Shown here: positions 60,041 to 64,000 of the stretch, one piece after another
Layout: the number at the start of each line of letters is the position of its first letter
Position numbering within the stretch: position 1 is the stretch's first letter
From: Planctomycetota bacterium
GTDB taxonomy: Bacteria; Planctomycetota; UBA8108; SXIK01
NCBI GenBank assembly: GCA_965223265.1
Contig: OZ244999.1
Location: forward strand, 3,552,001-3,616,000
Direction: 5' to 3'
DNA length: 64,000 nt
The notes under the pieces: model-generated
What the model was told of the DNA's origin: nothing
Databases searched by the model: none
Seen by the model: the letters and a program-made list of their open reading frames with translations, nothing else
Made by a program: the position numbers and the translations under genes

Positions 60041-63000
60041 TCACTTTGCCGCGACGGGCTCAGGCCTCTTCACGTGGAGAAGGACCGGCAACGACGTCGG
60101 CCGACCTTGATCGCGCGAGACCGCGAAGCAGAGGCGACTGGTCTCGGGCACCCAAGCATCACAAGTGAGAAAGATCTCACGCTCGACGGTGTCCGGCGTG
60201 ATGAGAACGCCGTTCAGCCCGATGTTGTCGACGATCACGCCGTGGGGGAGGTTCAGCACATCGAAGCCGACTCGGTCGTCATGGCGCAGTCGCTCGATAC
60301 GGATCATCGCGCTCATCGTCTCCCCGGGAGCGATGGTCAACTCGACGGGCTTGGCTGGCCGCAGTGTCGCCGGGACCGCGTGAGCTGAGACTCGAACGCG
60401 GGCCAAGTTGTTTCCTTCGCCTGCATGCTGCTTCAGGGTCAACGTCAGCGTCGTGCCGGCAGCAAAGCCAACCGCGGTCTCGAGCTCGAACGTCGCCGTT
60501 GCCTCTTTAGCATCCCCGGCGACGCTCCACCCGGTGTCGGTGTCGCCATCGAAAGCTGCCGTCACGTCACCGCCCTCGGCAGTGACTGACGCCGTCGCGC
60601 CTTTGATCGCGACCTCTACCTGGCTCGCCGGATCGCCACGCGGTGCGGCGGTCAGGGAAATCTCGCTGAGGACGAACGTGCCGCCGTCGCCTCTGCCAAG
60701 GCCGGTACTACGGCCGGGCGGTGGTGAGAGGTCGAGTCTCAGACGATCGATGTGCTGCGAACCCGTCTCGAAGTTGAGTGTGTAGGTGTCCGACTTCGGA
60801 TTGCGGCCGGCTGCTGCAATCACCCCTTCGGCGTCGACCGTCAGCTCCGCACCTCCAGCGGAAAGCGTTCCTGCCGGCTCAAGCACCTGCCACGTGCGCT
60901 GCTTCAGCCGTTCTTCGAGGGTGGTGACGGCCTCGAGGCTGACGAAAATCGATGGTTCCTCTTCAATGACCACGTCGTCAAACGCGGCGACGGTCCTCGT
61001 GACAGTCTCGCCGCCGATCGTGGCGCTGGCGACGACCTTGACGTCCTTCCACTGCGCGGCGAAATCCTCTCCGGCATGAGGCAAGACGTACGCGGTTCCT
61101 ACGGCGTTACGATGGCCGGCCTGAATGACGATCGGCGTTGACACTGTGCAGCCTTCAGGCACTCCCGTGATCTCGACACGAATGGCGCCCTCAAACCCGT
61201 CTCGACGCTGCGCAGAAACCTCGAACTCCGTACCGCTGCCGCGACGCAAAACGACCTTGCCGGGTGCACTGATCTCGAAACCGGGGACGGCACGTCGGAT
61301 ATTCAGTCGATAGGCGTGGAGGGCACTCCCACTGCCCGTGACATCCGTCACACGGACGACGTAGCCACCACTCCTCGGAGCTTCGAAAAGGAGACGTGAG
61401 TCGCGCCCGAGCAGGCGTTCACTGTCGTCATCGTTGGCATAGTTGAGCTTGAACACGGGCAGTCCGTTCGGCACCAACCTTGTGCCTGGGGCGTGAGGCT
61501 CGACGATGTAGCAATCGGAATGCAGTGGATGCGCCGTTGCCGACGTGCCGAAATAGTTCCTCCGTGCCCCGCCGGAGCTGTAGAAGTCCCAAGCCGAATC
61601 GGGCCCACGGGGCTTGCGAAACAGGCGCACGACTTCGCCATTCATGTACAGGTACTGATTGAGCTCCATCTCCTCCCAGTAGTCGAGCCGGGCGCCTCCG
61701 GTGCGTGAATCGATCGGGCGAAAGTTGATCACGGAGTCGCGAACCGCCTGCAGAACAACCTGAGGCACAGCGGCGCCTTCAGTGTCGAGAATCTCGATCT
61801 TCGTGTCGATGGGAGAGCCCAGCTTGGCAGCAGCGACCTCAAGCACGAGGTTCTCGCCCGCTTCGGCTTCAAAACGAAAACAGTCAACGTCCATCGATCC
61901 GTTCGACGCATCTCCGTGCCGCCAAATTCGACCGTTCACCGCTCCCGGAACACTCAACCGGCCAGCGGCAAGAGTGTCGTCGTTGGGTTCGCTCTCGACG
62001 CCGGAGTCGACGGCGTAGGCTTCGACTGTAAACGTCTCTCGCGCTCGCACCGGTACCTCGACCGTCGTCGTTCCCGGCTTGTCAGGATGCGCAGCTGCGG
62101 CCAGCCCCTCCGGCAAGTTGTAGCCGATGAGTTCGAGCTGCGACTCCTGCCCGCTCGACACGGTGAGAGGAAACACTCCCGTAATCAACGGCATTTCACC
62201 GACGGAGAGGCGGTAGTCGTGCTTTGCTGAGCCTTGTTGCTTGAGGTCGCTGACCCGGATAACGTACTCGCCGCTCGCAGGTAATTCGTGAACGATCAGG
62301 GGATCTTGGTCGACGCCATGATCGTTGTTGCTCGCGATGACGCGTCCTGCCTGATCCACGAGCGTCAGCACCAGATCGGCGTCGGAACCGAGCCGGCGCC
62401 CCTCCGCATCGAACACCCAGGTCTCGCCAGCTTCGCCGCGCAGCCGATACTCGTCGACGTCACCCAAGCTCTCGAGCTGACCCCAAACACTCGTCGGCTT
62501 GGTCACTAGACGATCGTCCTCGCGCGCGTCACGTTCGTAGAAGTGAGGCAGGTCACCAACGAATAGTTTGACGCGATTACTCTCCCCAGCCGCGTTCGTT
62601 GCGGCGAGTTCGATCGGGCCCGGCAGCTGCTTCGCCGCCACCGTGACCTCGACCCAGACGCTCGAGTCGTCTTCGGCGCCATCACCGTCTGCCGCAGGGA
62701 CCAGACGAGCCTTCGTGCCTTCCGCCGCGCCGTGGAGGTCGATCCTCGCCACCGCTGCGAGGTGTTTGCCGATGAGCCGCAGGCGCGTCGTCGCGGCCGG
62801 CCCGACACAGCGTGGTTCCACGCGCTCGAGCTCTGGCTTCTCCTTGCCATCTGCGACATCTGCGTTGTCCGGGGCGTCTCCGACTCCGGCCAGCGCTGCA
62901 GCGGCGATGGCACTTTCGAGCCAACCGCGCTGGCGAGCCCGTGGCGACGGCAGTAGCTCGGGCGCGCGTCGAGCGACTCCGCCCTCTACTGGTGCCGCGC

Positions 63001-64000
63001 AGGCGTAGCGCAGCAGCGAACCATGCTCCACGTCGAAAAACTGAAACTCCCCGTTCAGGCACGCGACCGCGACCTGCCGGCTATCGCCCGAAAAGGCGAC
63101 AGCGCCCGGCCAATCCGGCTGCTCTGGCAACAGGAAGCGCTCGGTGAGCGAGCCGGCGTTCCAGAGCTTGACGGTTCGATCCTCCGCAGAGGTGACCAGC
63201 TGCGTGCCATCGCGGGCGTAGCGTAGCCGAAGGATTGCACCTTCATGTCCGTAGCGGGAATAGACCAGTGAGTTCGTTCCCTCGCGGGCCGATTCGCTCA
63301 AGTCCCAGACGCGAATGCGACTCTCGACTCCCGCTGCAGCGATGCGTTTCCCATCCGGACTGAAGTCAACGGTGTAGACGCCCTTCGTCGCCTCGCTGAA
63401 CGTGTCGAGTCGCTCACGCGTCGACACATCCCACAGCTTCACCGTGCTATCTGCACTGGCGCTGGCGAGGACCCGGCCGTCGGATCGAAACGCCAAGTCG
63501 AACACGGCGGCGTTGTGTCCGCCGAGCGATCCAAGCTCCTCGCCGCTTTCGATCAGCCAGAGCTTGACCTCGCCGTCGTAGCTGCCCGTGGCAAGAAAGC
63601 GGTCGTCGCGACTGATCGCCAGTGAGATGATGTTTTCCGCATGGCCGCCGAATCGCCTCTGCTCCAGTTGATCCTGCAGCCGCCACAAAACGGCCTCTCC
63701 ACGAAGCCCCGGCTGCCCGCCACCGACGACAAGAAAAGTGCCGTCGTGCGCGTACGCGAGGGCGTTGACTTTCGCAGTCGCAGGGATTCGTGCACTGACG
63801 CGACCAGCGCGAAGCGAGTAGAGTTCCACCTCGCCGAAACGGCCGAGCGCAATCGTGGCATCGTCTCGTGAAAACGCGGCAGCGGTAATCGGCCGCGGCG
63901 GGGTACCACGAGGCACGATCTCCGGCACCGTCAGGAGTCCGTCCGTATCGACAGCCGGTTTGGGAGCCCCGGCGTCGATCCAGGCTTCGAGAACGGCGAT
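60041..64000 (-). CDS. Planctomycete cytochrome c + WD40 + PPC domain protein; 5' end outside the window
   Basis: Frame is open to the window edge (IAVLEAWIDAGAP, the end of a PSCyt1-type domain); about 7 WD40 repeats (GH...LATGSYDG.VKLW); PPC motifs (DVDEY, E.EPND, DVDCF, YANDD); NLPHGV.V.NIGLNG tail. Confidence 0.88.
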   Translation of the reverse strand: MAVLEAWIDAGAPKPAVDTDGLLTVPEIVPRGTPPRPITAAAFSRDDATIALGRFGEVELYSLRAGRVSARIPATAKVNALAYAHDGTFLVVGGGQPGLRGEAVLWRLQDQLEQRRFGGHAENIISLAISRDDRFLATGSYDGEVKLWLIESGEELGSLGGHNAAVFDLAFRSDGRVLASASADSTVKLWDVSTRERLDTFSEATKGVYTVDFSPDGKRIAAAGVESRIRVWDLSESAREGTNSLVYSRYGHEGAILRLRYARDGTQLVTSAEDRTVKLWNAGSLTERFLLPEQPDWPGAVAFSGDSRQVAVACLNGEFQFFDVEHGSLLRYACAAPVEGGVARRAPELLPSPRARQRGWLESAIAAAALAGVGDAPDNADVADGKEKPELERVEPRCVGPAATTRLRLIGKHLAAVARIDLHGAAEGTKARLVPAADGDGAEDDSSVWVEVTVAAKQLPGPIELAATNAAGESNRVKLFVGDLPHFYERDAREDDRLVTKPTSVWGQLESLGDVDEYRLRGEAGETWVFDAEGRRLGSDADLVLTLVDQAGRVIASNNDHGVDQDPLIVHELPASGEYVIRVSDLKQQGSAKHDYRLSVGEMPLITGVFPLTVSSGQESQLELIGYNLPEGLAAAAHPDKPGTTTVEVPVRARETFTVEAYAVDSGVESEPNDDTLAAGRLSVPGAVNGRIWRHGDASNGSMDVDCFRFEAEAGENLVLEVAAAKLGSPIDTKIEILDTEGAAVPQVVLQAVRDSVINFRPIDSRTGGARLDYWEEMELNQYLYMNGEVVRLFRKPRGPDSAWDFYSSGGARRNYFGTSATAHPLHSDCYIVEPHAPGTRLVPNGLPVFKLNYANDDDSERLLGRDSRLLFEAPRSGGYVVRVTDVTGSGSALHAYRLNIRRAVPGFEISAPGKVVLRRGSGTEFEVSAQRRDGFEGAIRVEITGVPEGCTVSTPIVIQAGHRNAVGTAYVLPHAGEDFAAQWKDVKVVASATIGGETVTRTVAAFDDVVIEEEPSIFVSLEAVTTLEERLKQRTWQVLEPAGTLSAGGAELTVDAEGVIAAAGRNPKSDTYTLNFETGSQHIDRLRLDLSPPPGRSTGLGRGDGGTFVLSEISLTAAPRGDPASQVEVAIKGATASVTAEGGDVTAAFDGDTDTGWSVAGDAKEATATFELETAVGFAAGTTLTLTLKQHAGEGNNLARVRVSAHAVPATLRPAKPVELTIAPGETMSAMIRIERLRHDDRVGFDVLNLPHGVIVDNIGLNGVLITPDTVEREIFLTCDAWVPETSRLCFAVSRDQGRPTSLPVLLHVKRPEPVAAK

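Overview
GC-rich, gene-dense bacterial window, most likely from a Planctomycetota genome. That inference rests on four Tat-signal DUF1501 proteins, two DUF1549/DUF1553 (PSD1) planctomycete cytochrome c proteins, a cytochrome/WD40/PPC giant and three proteins with Cys-rich dockerin-like modules. Housekeeping and metabolic genes include a SMUG1-type UDG, ahcY with a SahR-like regulator and its visible operator palindrome, ferritin, mnmA, fxsA, an S9 peptidase, and an SDR/AKR/Gfo-Idh-MocA/MFS catabolic run. One mobile element is present: a tyrosine recombinase plus frameshifted IS91-type Y2 transposase, with symmetric hairpin-TCCTTGAACTC-hairpin ends. It is followed by a ~245-nt highly self-complementary non-coding element, and a REP doublet lies near the window start. 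The best candidates for an undescribed system are (1) a minor-pilin operon whose 766-aa PilX-like subunit has a CxxCH heme-type motif, a predicted beta-solenoid and Ca-loop motifs, (2) the recombinase/IS91 element and its structured neighbour, and (3) a TusA-DsrE2 pair divergent from a hybrid histidine kinase with no recognisable sensor domain, near mnmA. No rRNA, tRNA or CRISPR array was seen. All family calls come from motif recognition by eye, with no database search.
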